Shown here: one piece after another, positions 9,825 to 19,893 of the stretch | Layout: every line of letters starts with the position of its first letter | How positions within the stretch are numbered: position 1 is the first letter of the stretch | NCBI GenBank assembly: GCA_965233865.1 | Contig: OZ247587.1 | Span: 416,001-480,000 of the forward strand | DNA from: Candidatus Neptunichlamydia sp. | GTDB taxonomy: Bacteria; Chlamydiota; Chlamydiia; Chlamydiales; Simkaniaceae | Reading direction: 5' to 3' | DNA: 64,000 bases | The notes under the pieces: generated by a model | Told to the model about the DNA's origin: nothing | Seen by the model: the letters and a program-made list of their open reading frames with translations, nothing else | The model's database searches: none | Translations under genes and position numbers: made by a program

Positions 9825-12800
9825 CTAGATTTCTGGCGTAGCAGTTTTTTTCTTGCGGCCTATATGGAATTTTTGTCGCATCTCTTCAAGATAGATAAAA
9901 ATGATTGGGGTGAAGTAAAGCGTTAGAATCTGAGAGATAATTAACCCTCCAACGACAACCATTCCAAGAGGGCGGCGTGATTGTGCAGTGGCCCCTCCAA
10001 TTCCAAGGGCAATAGGAACGGCTCCCATCATGGCTGCAAAGGTCGTCATCAAGATGGGTCGGAAACGGGCACAACACGCTTCATAAATGGCGGTATGAAT
10101 ATCTTTTCCTTTGAGAATCCCTTCATTAGCAAAGTCGACAAGCATAATTCCATTTTTTAAGACGATCCCAAGCAGCATAATGATACCGATACAAGCATAG
10201 AGGGAGAGGGGCTCCCCAAAGATGATGAGAGTTGTGATTGCGCCAAGTGCGGCGGGAGGAATCGCAGACATGACAGTGAGGGGATGGGTAAAGTTTTCAT
10301 AGAGAATTCCAAGGATTACATAGATTGCAAAGATGGTAATCACAAAAAGAAACTCTAGGCTTGAAAAGGACTGTTGAAAGATTTGACTCGAACCAATTTG
10401 GATGGGATGGACATCGCTCGAAAGTGTACTGTCTGCAATCGTATCGAGCTTGGAGAGCGCGGTTCCTAAAGGAACGCCTTTTCCTAGATCGTACGAGATA
10501 GTAACGGCGGGGAGTGTATTGATATGAGCAACACTTAAAGGACCAATGGTTTCTTTCCACGAGGCGACTGCTGAAAGGGGAACTTGAGTGGGGAATTTTG
10601 TTCCAATGTTGTTGTTAACATTGCGACCATTAATGGCGGTATTTATAGAGGCAGAGACATAGAGCTTATCTAAGACACTGGGGTTTTTGTAGGCACTTGG
10701 TATGGTTTCAATAATGACATGGTATTGGTCTGCAATGCCGTTGATGAGAGAAAGTCTTCCTCCTGAATAGGCGTATTCAAATGTTGATTCAATCGCGTTA
10801 GCAGAAACATTAAGCTCATAGGCGCGGTCTCTATCAATATGCACGCCGAGATAGAGGGCTTTATTGTGTATATTACTGATTACTTGTCTGAAATCAGAAG
10901 ACTGTCGCATTTTTGTGAGGATTTTCTCCCCGTCTTCGTAGAGAGCATCGGTATTAGTAGATTGAAGAGTGTATTGATAATTTCCCATGCTCATAGATGT
11001 TCCGGCATCGAGGTTAATCAGAGGAAGAGGGCGGAGAAATGCACTAACTCCAGGAACTTCCTGAAGCTTAGGCAGGAGCTGTTGGATACATTTAGTCATG
11101 CTGGCCCTATCCTTAAAAGGCTTCAAGCGGATAAACATGAGGGATTGGTTAGGATTTGGAATGGCGGCGACGGCAACATGATCTTGGACGTTCGGATCGT
11201 TTCGGATGATTTCTGAGAGTTTGTTTTGGTAGTCTATCATCTTATAGGGGGATGTGGGATCTGATGCAACGGCAAACCCATTAACAAAGCCCAGGTCATC
11301 TCCAGGGATAAAATCTGTTGGAAGAGAAGCTCCTAGATAAATGGTGGCAGCAACGGAAGCACATCCGGCAAGGACGGTTATCAACCGGTGTTTAAAAACG
11401 ACATTGAGTCCTTTTTTATAGACGTTAAGAAGAGATATGTTGAGTTTGTTAGAGATTTTTTCGATCCAGTTTTTCTTCTTATTATGGGAGGCTTGAGAAA
11501 CAAAGCGACTACAGAGCATGGGGGTTAAGGATAGGGAGATAAATCCCGAAATAAGAACGGCTGTTACGATGGTAATTGCAAACTCTCTGAACATTCTTCC
11601 CATGATTCCAGCCATAAATATTAAGGGAATAAATACGCAAGCAAGGGAGAGGGTCATGGAAAGGACCGTGAAGCTGATCTGTTTAGATCCCTTAAGAGAG
11701 GCTTCCCATGCCGTTTTCCCCATTTCAACATGGCGTTGGATATTTTCGAGAACGACAATGGCATCATCAACAAGGAACCCTACTGATAGAGTGAGGGCAA
11801 GAAGTGATAAGGTATCGATGCTGAATCCGTAGACAAACATTAAGGCGAAGGTCCCGACGACAGACATGGGGAGGGCTAGAATCGGAATGACAGCATCTAG
11901 AAATTTTCCAAGGTAGAAGAGAACGACTAAAACAACTAGAATGAAGGCTACAATCAGAGTGAGCTCAACATCATGGACAGATTCCATAATGAAGATTGAT
12001 TGGTCAAAAAGATATTCAAGCTTAATAGAGGCGGGGAGTTCCCATTTGATCTGTTCAATCATTTTTTTAACGTTTTCAATGGCCTTAATGGTGTTAGCTC
12101 CAGCTTCTTTTACGATCGCAATGACAACGCAGGGAACCTCTCCTTCTTTGGTGATGTAGTTGAGAGCGTACTTATCGTTTTGCAAAGAATTGATTGCATT
12201 CCCAAGATTTTTGACTTTTAAAAGAGCTTGATTATTGTTTCGAACAATCAGTTCATTATAACCAGCCGCAGTTTTCATCTGCCCGTCAACCTGAATTGTG
12301 TATTCTGTATCAGGTCCATAGAGGTTTCCTACAGGGAGCTCTGGATTACTATTGACAATTGAATTGGCAACTTCATTGATCCCGATTTGATGAGCGGACA
12401 AATAGTCAGGATCGACTTGAACACGAACGGCAAAAGGCGATCCATAGACATCAACATCGGAGACTCCATTGACCATTCTTAGTCGACGGCCCATCAGTGC
12501 ATAGGCATAATCATAAAGGTCAGCAAGGGACATGAGATCAGAGGAAACTGAAAGGAAAAGAATGGGGGCTTGAGAGGGATTTGTTTTTTTATAGGTAGGG
12601 TAGTTTGGCAAATCAGCTGGGAGATTCGGTTGGGCTTGGTTAATTGCTGATTGAACATCTGTTGCAGCAGAATCAATATCTTTGTCGAGATTAAACTGAA
12701 GGACGATTGTTGAGCTTCCATTTGTACTGGAAGAGGCAATTATTTCGATCCCATCAATACTTGTAAATTGCCGCTCTAAAGGAGAGGTTACAGTGTCGGC

Positions 12801-12977
12801 TATGGTTTGAGGTCCAGCGCCTGGATAGCTTGTTGTGACTTCAATTGTGGGATACTCGACATCAGGAAGGTCACTGACCAGAAGGCCTTGATAGGCAAAT
12901 ATTCCTAAAAATAGGATTGAGACCATGACAAGTGTCGTCATCACGGGGCGGCGGATAAAAGGTTCGGAAAGATTCAC
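9825..12977 (-). CDS. RND efflux permease (AcrB/MdtB-C family)
   Basis: FIRRPVMTT start, GFLVDDAIVVLENI, RFRPILMTT; 1050 aa. Confidence 0.95.
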   Translation of the reverse strand: MNLSEPFIRRPVMTTLVMVSILFLGIFAYQGLLVSDLPDVEYPTIEVTTSYPGAGPQTIADTVTSPLERQFTSIDGIEIIASSSTNGSSTIVLQFNLDKDIDSAATDVQSAINQAQPNLPADLPNYPTYKKTNPSQAPILFLSVSSDLMSLADLYDYAYALMGRRLRMVNGVSDVDVYGSPFAVRVQVDPDYLSAHQIGINEVANSIVNSNPELPVGNLYGPDTEYTIQVDGQMKTAAGYNELIVRNNNQALLKVKNLGNAINSLQNDKYALNYITKEGEVPCVVIAIVKEAGANTIKAIENVKKMIEQIKWELPASIKLEYLFDQSIFIMESVHDVELTLIVAFILVVLVVLFYLGKFLDAVIPILALPMSVVGTFALMFVYGFSIDTLSLLALTLSVGFLVDDAIVVLENIQRHVEMGKTAWEASLKGSKQISFTVLSMTLSLACVFIPLIFMAGIMGRMFREFAITIVTAVLISGFISLSLTPMLCSRFVSQASHNKKKNWIEKISNKLNISLLNVYKKGLNVVFKHRLITVLAGCASVAATIYLGASLPTDFIPGDDLGFVNGFAVASDPTSPYKMIDYQNKLSEIIRNDPNVQDHVAVAAIPNPNQSLMFIRLKPFKDRASMTKCIQQLLPKLQEVPGVSAFLRPLPLINLDAGTSMSMGNYQYTLQSTNTDALYEDGEKILTKMRQSSDFRQVISNIHNKALYLGVHIDRDRAYELNVSANAIESTFEYAYSGGRLSLINGIADQYHVIIETIPSAYKNPSVLDKLYVSASINTAINGRNVNNNIGTKFPTQVPLSAVASWKETIGPLSVAHINTLPAVTISYDLGKGVPLGTALSKLDTIADSTLSSDVHPIQIGSSQIFQQSFSSLEFLFVITIFAIYVILGILYENFTHPLTVMSAIPPAALGAITTLIIFGEPLSLYACIGIIMLLGIVLKNGIMLVDFANEGILKGKDIHTAIYEACCARFRPILMTTFAAMMGAVPIALGIGGATAQSRRPLGMVVVGGLIISQILTLYFTPIIFIYLEEMRQKFHIGRKKKTATPEI

Positions 12978-14077
12978 AGCTCATCCTCGCTCTGTTTCAC
13001 AGTTACTTTGGCTCCGGGGTAAAGGTTAACTTGCCCCACAGTAATAACCTTTTCTTCAGCTCTTAATCCTTTAGTCACAACGATGGTATTGTCTTCTTGC
13101 ATTTGACCAACAGTCACATCTCTCAGCTCTACTGTTTGATTTCCTTTCAGGACATAGATATATTTCCCCTTTGAGCTGGTTTGAACCGATTCGAAGGGGA
13201 CAATGACTGCATTTTCAAGAACATCCAGGACAATCTTCACTTTGACATATTGATTCGGCCATAGGACTTTATCATCATTTGTGTGACTTGCCTTTAACTT
13301 GATCATTCCTGTTGAAATATCGACACCATTATCAATAAAGGTGAGAATCCCTTCATAGGTTGGTGATTCTGGATCATCTACTGTGATATAGACTTTTAAA
13401 TCATTGTACTTTGCTCTGTATCTCTGGACAGCGGGAAGATCTTTTTCATTGATGAAGAAGACTGAATAGATGGGAGTGATTTGGTTCAGAGTGACAAGAG
13501 TCTTTTCTTGATTTTCTAAAATGAGGTTTCCATCATAGATTTGAGTCTCTCCAGCACGTGAATCAAGGGGCGAGTAAACCATTGTGTACCCCAAGTTGAT
13601 TTTTGCATTTTCTACTGCAGCTTGGTTTTGTTTGACTGTAGCATCATCAGCCATGACTGTTGTGACTAAGCTATCAAACTGGTCTTGCGAAATATATTCA
13701 TCCTTTACAAGCTGTGAGTTTCTTTCAGCGGTTCTCTCAGCATATCCGAGATTTGCAATGCTTTTTTCTAGTGCTCCTTCTGCTTTTTCAAGGTCTGCTA
13801 TATAGGGGCGTTGATCTATAAGATATAGAAGATCTCCTCGCTTCACGTCTGTTCCTTCTGTGAAGTAGGTTTTCATAAGATACCCATCAACTTGAGCCAT
13901 CACATTGACGATTTGGCAAGCTTCCATATGCCCTATTGTTGAAATATATTTTGGTACATCTTTGGCAATAGATTTAGTGGCGTGAACAGGGATGCCCTTT
14001 GGTTCATGCGAGGCTTGTTTTTTTGAACACCCTACAAGAGATAGCATGAGTGCTGCGCTAAAAAGAAGGCTTTTCAT
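12974..14077 (-). CDS. RND periplasmic adaptor (membrane fusion protein), lipoprotein
   Basis: Lipobox LVGC, FIDNGVDISTGMIKLKA, LWPNQYV; coupled to the permease. Confidence 0.93.
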   Translation of the reverse strand: MKSLLFSAALMLSLVGCSKKQASHEPKGIPVHATKSIAKDVPKYISTIGHMEACQIVNVMAQVDGYLMKTYFTEGTDVKRGDLLYLIDQRPYIADLEKAEGALEKSIANLGYAERTAERNSQLVKDEYISQDQFDSLVTTVMADDATVKQNQAAVENAKINLGYTMVYSPLDSRAGETQIYDGNLILENQEKTLVTLNQITPIYSVFFINEKDLPAVQRYRAKYNDLKVYITVDDPESPTYEGILTFIDNGVDISTGMIKLKASHTNDDKVLWPNQYVKVKIVLDVLENAVIVPFESVQTSSKGKYIYVLKGNQTVELRDVTVGQMQEDNTIVVTKGLRAEEKVITVGQVNLYPGAKVTVKQSEDEL

Positions 14078-15557
14078 GTAGATTTTCCTTATCTTCTATA
14101 AGTTCTAAATAGGGGGTCTGTTCCTGATCGGCTGGACGGAATAGGATTCCGGTTGCGTAGGCAAGATTGGTAATTGACCTGTACCAGCCATTTTGAGCTT
14201 GCGCGAATTGGGATCGTGCATCAGAAACTGCAGTTTGGGCATTGATTAAGTCGGTAATCGTTCCGGTTCCTACGCGGTATTTTTTTAGATTAACTTTGAA
14301 ATCCTCCTCAGCTGATTCTAAGTAAGCTTTTGCATATTCAATAGACTCTTTAGAATACCCCACGTCACTTCTGTAGTTAGAAACCTCTTGAATAATGCTT
14401 AGACGGATTTGATCCAACGAAGCTTCAGATTCTTCAATTGTAGCTCGTGCTTTTTTGATGGTGTTCTCAATGAGAAACCCTTGAAAAAGAGGGAATGTAA
14501 GGTTCACTTGTGCAGTAAAATCATAGTGATCATTGACCCCGTGTTGGAAGTGCTTTTTTCCAATATCAAATTCTCCAGTGACGATAGGCATTTTTTTTAG
14601 ACGGGTGGCATTATAGTTTGCAATGCTGGATTTCACTCCTGCCTCGGCGGCAAAAAGGTCTGGGCGGTTTTCATTGGCTTTGAGGATAAGAGTGTCAAGC
14701 GTTTCTAGTTCAAAGAAGACGATTTCATCTGGATAGTTCTGAAAATAGATGGTTCCATCAGAGGGGAGTCCCATGTCGTTGAGTAATTGAGTATAGGATG
14801 TATGAATGTTCTGCTTTTGTTTGACGATGGCAAGCTTATGGGACAAGTACTGCGTTCTGGCTTGAACGATATCTGAAATGCCAGCAAGTCCTTGTCGGAA
14901 TTTTTCCTCAGTAGCATTTAAGGAGACTTTGGCGTTAACTACATCTTGCTCTGTAGAGAAAAGAAGCTGTTTTTGGTACAGATAATTGTAATAGTCTGTC
15001 ATAACGATCTGAATCGTTTGCTGAACCCGGCTATTATGGGACCAATCGGCATTGAAAAGAGATTGAAGAGCTGCTTCACTCGTCATTCGTGTCTGTCCAA
15101 AATCAAGAATTGTATAAGTGAGCTCTAGTCCTCCACCATATTGGGTTTCATAAACAATAGAGCGCGTCGCCCCTGTAAACTGTGCAAAGCGTGTTCGCGT
15201 GTAGTTACCTGCTCCTTCGGCAAGTAGGAAGTAATCTTGAAGAGATTGCCCATATTCGGCCGCACTCACACGAGCTGCAGCCCAACTCTGTTTGGTATCT
15301 GGGTTTCTGGAAAGGGCGATGTCGATAATTTCAGCAAGGGTTATCGGAGCTTCTTTTGAAAACTCATGATAGTCCTCACCCTCTTTAGCAAGATCCTCCA
15401 TATTTAGAAGACGTTTTTGAGCTTTTTTAGGAGGTTGCCAAATGGAATCAGGATGGCGAGGAGCATAGGAATAAGGATCGTTGGCTCCCTTGATGTCACA
15501 TCCTTGAGTCATAAAAAGTAATGAAAAGAAAATAGAAAAACCCAATGCTCGTAGCAT
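14058..15557 (-). CDS. TolC-family outer membrane efflux protein
   Basis: Lipoprotein-like signal, NRPDL, LTFPLFQG, YRVGTGTITDL motifs; first gene of the RND operon. Confidence 0.9.
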   Translation of the reverse strand: MLRALGFSIFFSLLFMTQGCDIKGANDPYSYAPRHPDSIWQPPKKAQKRLLNMEDLAKEGEDYHEFSKEAPITLAEIIDIALSRNPDTKQSWAAARVSAAEYGQSLQDYFLLAEGAGNYTRTRFAQFTGATRSIVYETQYGGGLELTYTILDFGQTRMTSEAALQSLFNADWSHNSRVQQTIQIVMTDYYNYLYQKQLLFSTEQDVVNAKVSLNATEEKFRQGLAGISDIVQARTQYLSHKLAIVKQKQNIHTSYTQLLNDMGLPSDGTIYFQNYPDEIVFFELETLDTLILKANENRPDLFAAEAGVKSSIANYNATRLKKMPIVTGEFDIGKKHFQHGVNDHYDFTAQVNLTFPLFQGFLIENTIKKARATIEESEASLDQIRLSIIQEVSNYRSDVGYSKESIEYAKAYLESAEEDFKVNLKKYRVGTGTITDLINAQTAVSDARSQFAQAQNGWYRSITNLAYATGILFRPADQEQTPYLELIEDKENLHEKPSF

Positions 15558-15635
15558 TAAAAAAACCTAGTTCGACTTCCTTCTTTGTTTATTTTAAAAA
15601 AGGTTTTTAATCAATCTAAGATTTTTTCTTGTGTC

Positions 15636-16484
15636 TAGATAGTGTAGACACAAGTTTAAATTTGTGCTAAGCTAATTTCTTAAACTTTCAAGGAGAGGTT
15701 TAGAGATGACCGTACCAGCGCACAGACGTCACGATATTTTCAGATCGAATTTGAAAAAAACTTGAACCTTATCTTCTAGGAAGAAGAGGGGTGTGGGGAG
15801 GGGTAGCACAAGATAATCGGCGATTTATCAACGCGGTTTTTTGGATTATTCGTACCGGAGCTCCATGGCGTGACTTACCTTCAGACTATGGGAACTGGGG
15901 AAATGTGCATCGTCGTTTTATCCGTTGGAGGAATAAAGGTGTCTGGGAACTTCTTCTGGAAAAAGTGGTGGACGATCCTGATTACGAGTGGTTAATGATC
16001 GATGCAACCCATATCAAAGTTCACTTTCCCGCAGCAGGTGCACAAGGTGGTAATCAAGATATGGCTCGAACAAAAGGGGGTTCAACACGAAATTACATTT
16101 GGCCATGGATTCGCATGGTATGCTGGTCAGAGCGATTATTACGTCAGGTACTCAATCAGACTACCTTCAGGCCAAACACCTAATAGAGAAAATTAACGCC
16201 GATTACTTACTAGCAGATCGGGATTATGACAGCGATGCAATCGTAACTCAAGCGATCTCTCAAGGAATGAAGGCGGTTATCCCTCTCAGAAAAATAGGAA
16301 AAGCAAGAGAGCTTATGATAAGCATCTCTATAAATTGAGACATCTTGTAGAAAATGCTTTTTTACATTTGAAGTGATGGAGAGGAATTGCTACACGCTAT
16401 GCTAAGCACACATCTTCTTTCTTGGCTGCGGTTCAGATCAGATGTTTGGCTTTATGGGCAGAAATCTCGTGACTACACTATCTA
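15636..16484 (+). mobile_element. IS5-family insertion sequence A, copy 1 (degenerate transposase)
   Basis: Ends TAGATAGTGTAGACAC / GTGACTACACTATCTA including flanking TA; RTGAPWRDLP..YG.W, MIDATH; AAAAGGGGG frameshift site at 16072-16080; extra frameshifts and a premature TGA. Confidence 0.92.
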
Positions 16485-16810
16485 AGAAGACTTTCCAAAA
16501 AATAAGCCTGCTTACTTGTAATTGGTTCTTTTTGCGCCTTGTTTTTCATCTCTATTTGCTTATTTATCAGATACGTAATCGTTTGGCTTGCTTGGTTTAT
16601 TCCCATTTCTCTGAGGATTTCAATCCTGGGGAGTTTAGTTTCTGTTTTCTTGGACAGTTTTTTGATGAGATCGATTTGCTTTTCAGAAACATACCGATTC
16701 TCTACCTTCCAGTTTTCATGAACAAGTAGATTCTCTTAGATCATTGCTGAGGCATTGAGCTCTATATTTAGAGGCTTATAGAGTTGATCACTAGAAAAGC
16801 CGTGCTACCA
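16485..16810 (-). pseudogene. Gene fragment, possibly the C-terminal region of a helicase-associated protein
   Basis: Minus-strand translation ...VSEKQIDLIKKL...QASQTITYL...PITSKQAYFLESL with an internal stop, cut off by the IS. Confidence 0.3.
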
Positions 16811-16984
16811 GTAAATATCATTAAACAGCCTCTTTCTGAAGGACACTCTTTTGAATCTCTAAGGGCCTCTCACAAGTCTTCGTTTTTTACAGATCGGCTC
16901 ATTGAAAAAGAACGAGAAATTTTTACTTTCAAATCTAAGCACTAACTCGAAGATCTCGATGAAGAGCACTTAGAAAACAGCTCT

Positions 16985-17478
16985 TTGACGACTGAAGAAA
17001 AAGAACATATTGAAGAACTGCTTCAGGAAAAAGAAATCATTGAAGAGATGCAAGTCATTAGTCAGGGCATTTACACCGGCTATGATTTAAGAGAAAATGG
17101 CAACCCCACTGAGCCTATTAAGATAGAATTCAAGGGAGGAGCAATTAGCGTATTAGCAGCTCCTACATCTCATGGGAAAACGATGTCATTGATTAATTTT
17201 GCATTGCCTATATTGGCATAAAATTATCCAGAAATAATCGTAGATCCATCAAACACTACTTTAGAAGTTCTCACCAAACATCAGAAGACAATCCTTACGA
17301 ATATTTTATCAATGGAGACTCTATTTCTGTTGATGAATATACAGATTTGTCTACCGAAGAGTATTTTGAAAGGGAAAAGCAAAAATTTTTCTCTGAGCTG
17401 ATAGATACTGGAAGATTAAATATTGTGTATTGCGATTATGGATCCCAAAAGCTTTTTGAAATCATTCGAATCCTATGA
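16985..17478 (+). pseudogene. DnaB-like replicative helicase fragment (Walker A region)
   Basis: GIYTGY...GGAISVLAAPTSHGKTMSLINFA; premature stop at 17219-17221 and downstream frameshifts. Confidence 0.65.
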
Positions 17479-17511
17479 AAGGGACTCAAAAGCTCAAGTG
17501 AAGCGATCGAA

Positions 17512-17648
17512 GGGGGGCCACCCTTAAATAAGCATTCTTTTTTATCTTTAATGTGGTTGGTTTACCCACGAAGAAAATCTTTAATTTCTGGTATCTTCCT
17601 ACCTACTCATGCAACATATGTTATAATAGAGACGAGGAGAACAAGATG
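17512..17648 (+). repeat. 137-bp duplicated promoter/RBS block upstream of U-box genes (second copy 18759-18895)
   Basis: GGGGGGCCACCC.TAAATAAGCATTC...CATATGTTATAATAGAGAC.AGGAGAACAAGATG near-identical at both sites, offset 1247 bp. Confidence 0.9.
17617..17629 (+). promoter_or_regulatory. Extended -10 promoter motif TATGTTATAATAG (also 18235-18247, 18864-18876, 20963-20975)
   Basis: Identical 13-mer with TG-N-TATAAT directly upstream of four island genes. Confidence 0.65.
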
Positions 17649-18203
17649 AGCATATCAACCACACCAAAAAACAGCACCACCATTTCAACACAGACAATGT
17701 CCTTTGACGAAATTCTTGAGCACGCAATGCAAGAAAAAATGAAGACTAAAGAGTCTGAGATAGAAACAATGGTTAAAGAAAAAGCAAAGCGACGTAAAAC
17801 TATGAGTGAAAGGCTAGTTAAAAAACTGAGGCCTCTTTGTAGGGAATTGCCTGATTGTGTTTTGGATCCTGTAACATATGAACCAATGAAAACGCCTGTA
17901 TCAATGAGATGTAGTCATTCTTTAAGTGCCGACACAGCAGCAAAAATAGCAGCGGCGAAAGGACTAACAAAAAAAGATAAGATACCTTGTCCAATATGTA
18001 GAACTGAAACCCAAGGATATTTTTTCTTGTATGAGCAATCTTTTGATGAAACAATTCAACACTTAGAAAAAATAAAAAACCTTTTCCAAGATTCAGAGAG
18101 AAAAAATGACACAAAAAAAGTATCGAAACATTCCGTTCAGAGAAAGATTGTTAGGAAAAAGAAGAAACATAGCAACGAATCCTTATGGCACAAAAAGATC
18201 TAA
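17646..18203 (+). CDS. U-box/RING-like protein 1 with N-terminal coiled coil and basic C-terminal tail
   Basis: DPVTYEPMKTPVSMRCSH...IPCPIC; AGGAG RBS before ATG 17646; tail RKIVRKKKKH. Confidence 0.8.
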   Translation: MSISTTPKNSTTISTQTMSFDEILEHAMQEKMKTKESEIETMVKEKAKRRKTMSERLVKKLRPLCRELPDCVLDPVTYEPMKTPVSMRCSHSLSADTAAKIAAAKGLTKKDKIPCPICRTETQGYFFLYEQSFDETIQHLEKIKNLFQDSERKNDTKKVSKHSVQRKIVRKKKKHSNESLWHKKI

Positions 18204-18263
18204 AAATCCTCCAGAAATAGCTAATCATGTAACATATGTTATAATAGAAACAAGGAGAACAAG

Positions 18264-18743
18264 ATGTCAGCTATATCAAGTATTCAAAATAACACTATTT
18301 ACTTTGAACAAGTTGTTCGAGAGCAGATCAAAACACAAGAAATTGAAGCAAGGGCAGAGCTGAAAGATCGAGAGGTTGAGATGCAAGGAGTGCAGAAGAA
18401 CCTAGAGTCCATGAAAGCTCAAAAGACATTGAGTGATAAGATCGTAGAAGAACTCAGGCCCTTATGCGAAGAACTACCTCCAGATGCTATGGATCCCGTT
18501 ACTCTGGAGCCTTTTGTTAAGCCCATGGTTACAAGATGTGGGCATACAATTGAAAGGCAGTCTATTGTGGAAATATACCGAAGGTCTAAGAGAAGTAGAG
18601 ACGATCCTTTGCTAGATTGTCCTCTATGCAAAAGAAAAATTTCGGTGAAAAACATATTTTATGATCATTCCTTTAAAGAAGTAATCTCTCATTTAGAAAA
18701 AATTAGAGCTGTTTTCAAAGAGAGTTTATGTGGTGACCAATAG
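18264..18743 (+). CDS. U-box/RING-like protein 2
   Basis: DPVTLEPFVKPMVTRCGHTIERQSI...CPLC; AGGAG RBS. Confidence 0.85.
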   Translation: MSAISSIQNNTIYFEQVVREQIKTQEIEARAELKDREVEMQGVQKNLESMKAQKTLSDKIVEELRPLCEELPPDAMDPVTLEPFVKPMVTRCGHTIERQSIVEIYRRSKRSRDDPLLDCPLCKRKISVKNIFYDHSFKEVISHLEKIRAVFKESLCGDQ

Positions 18744-18892
18744 AGTCTACCCCTATATGGGGGGCCACCCCTAAATAAGCATTCTTTTTTATCTTTAATG
18801 AGATTGGTTTACCCACGAAGAAAATCTTTAGTTTCTGGTATCCTCCTACCTACTCATGCAACATATGTTATAATAGAGACAAGGAGAACAAG

Positions 18893-19384
18893 ATGTCAGC
18901 TATATCAAGTATTCAGAATAACACTATTTACTTTGAACAAGTTGTTCGAGAGCAGATCAAAACACAAGAAATTGAAGCAAGGGCAGAATTCAAAGACAGA
19001 GAATCTGAGATGCGTGAGGTAAAAGCTCAAAAGACAATGAATGGAAATATAATAGAAGAATTGAGACCTCTTTGTGAGGAACTTCCAGAAAGATTAATCG
19101 ATCCTATAACTCTTGAACCCATTAACAAACCAATAATAATGAGATGTTCCCATGCTTTTGACTCATTAGCTTTTTCAAGAGCAATGAGGGCTAAAAACCT
19201 AACAAAACAAGACAGAATACCATGTCCAATTTGTAGAACAGAAACAAAAGGGACAGCAATTATTCAAGACATTTACTTGATGGAGAGCATTTCTAGATTA
19301 AGAAAAATAAAAGGAGTATTTAAATATTATGCCACCCAAGAGACAATCAATAAACGACGCCTTAAAAAGGCCAAAATGGGATGA
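18893..19384 (+). CDS. U-box/RING-like protein 3
   Basis: DPITLEPINKPIIMRCSHAFD...IPCPIC; first 32 aa identical to protein 2. Confidence 0.85.
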   Translation: MSAISSIQNNTIYFEQVVREQIKTQEIEARAEFKDRESEMREVKAQKTMNGNIIEELRPLCEELPERLIDPITLEPINKPIIMRCSHAFDSLAFSRAMRAKNLTKQDRIPCPICRTETKGTAIIQDIYLMESISRLRKIKGVFKYYATQETINKRRLKKAKMG

Positions 19385-19868
19385 TGATGATGTTTATAAT
19401 GATAATGATTTTTTTTTCCAGAATCAAGGCAACTTCCCTCCTTTTGCAAGTGAAACAGATTCAGATGATGAAAAAAACGACCTTGAAGGAAGTGAAGAAT
19501 CTGATAGAAAAATGATAGCTTTTAAGGAGAATGATGAAAGAGAAAAAATAAAACAAGATATGAATCACTATCGAGCAATCACAAATAGCTTTGCAAACGA
19601 ACCAATAGACCCTAGAGATTTAACAGTTGGATATTTTGAAAATAGATTACCAACTATAAATAATCAGAGGACTACATTTCCTAGAGATGTAAGGAGAAAC
19701 ATATTAGAATACATAGAAGGAACAAGATCTGATTCACGAAACAGAGGCATTCCCATGCCGGAACCACTTCCAAACAGAAGACATCCAGCAGACAATGATT
19801 TTTTAGATTTCCTTGGAGGTGATGATGACTTCAAGTATTTTTATGATTCTGATGATGGGTTTGTATAG
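19329..19868 (+). CDS. Acidic, probably disordered hypothetical protein with NLS-like N-terminus
   Basis: AAGGAG at 19311-19316; starts MPPKRQ...KRPKW; Asp/Glu/Phe-rich termini. Confidence 0.65.
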   Translation: MPPKRQSINDALKRPKWDDDDVYNDNDFFFQNQGNFPPFASETDSDDEKNDLEGSEESDRKMIAFKENDEREKIKQDMNHYRAITNSFANEPIDPRDLTVGYFENRLPTINNQRTTFPRDVRRNILEYIEGTRSDSRNRGIPMPEPLPNRRHPADNDFLDFLGGDDDFKYFYDSDDGFV

Positions 19869-19893
19869 CCTAAACTATCTCAAACCGTTAAAT

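Noticed and set aside
16442..16729. Plus-strand hydrophobic ORFs 16442-16729 and 16539-16721
   Set aside because: The first starts inside the IS end; both look like shadows of a Lys-rich minus-strand gene fragment
17512..18895. CRISPR array or integron attC-type cassette repeats
   Set aside because: The repeats are duplicated promoter/5' gene blocks, not short regularly spaced repeats; no cas genes, integron integrase or attC palindromes seen
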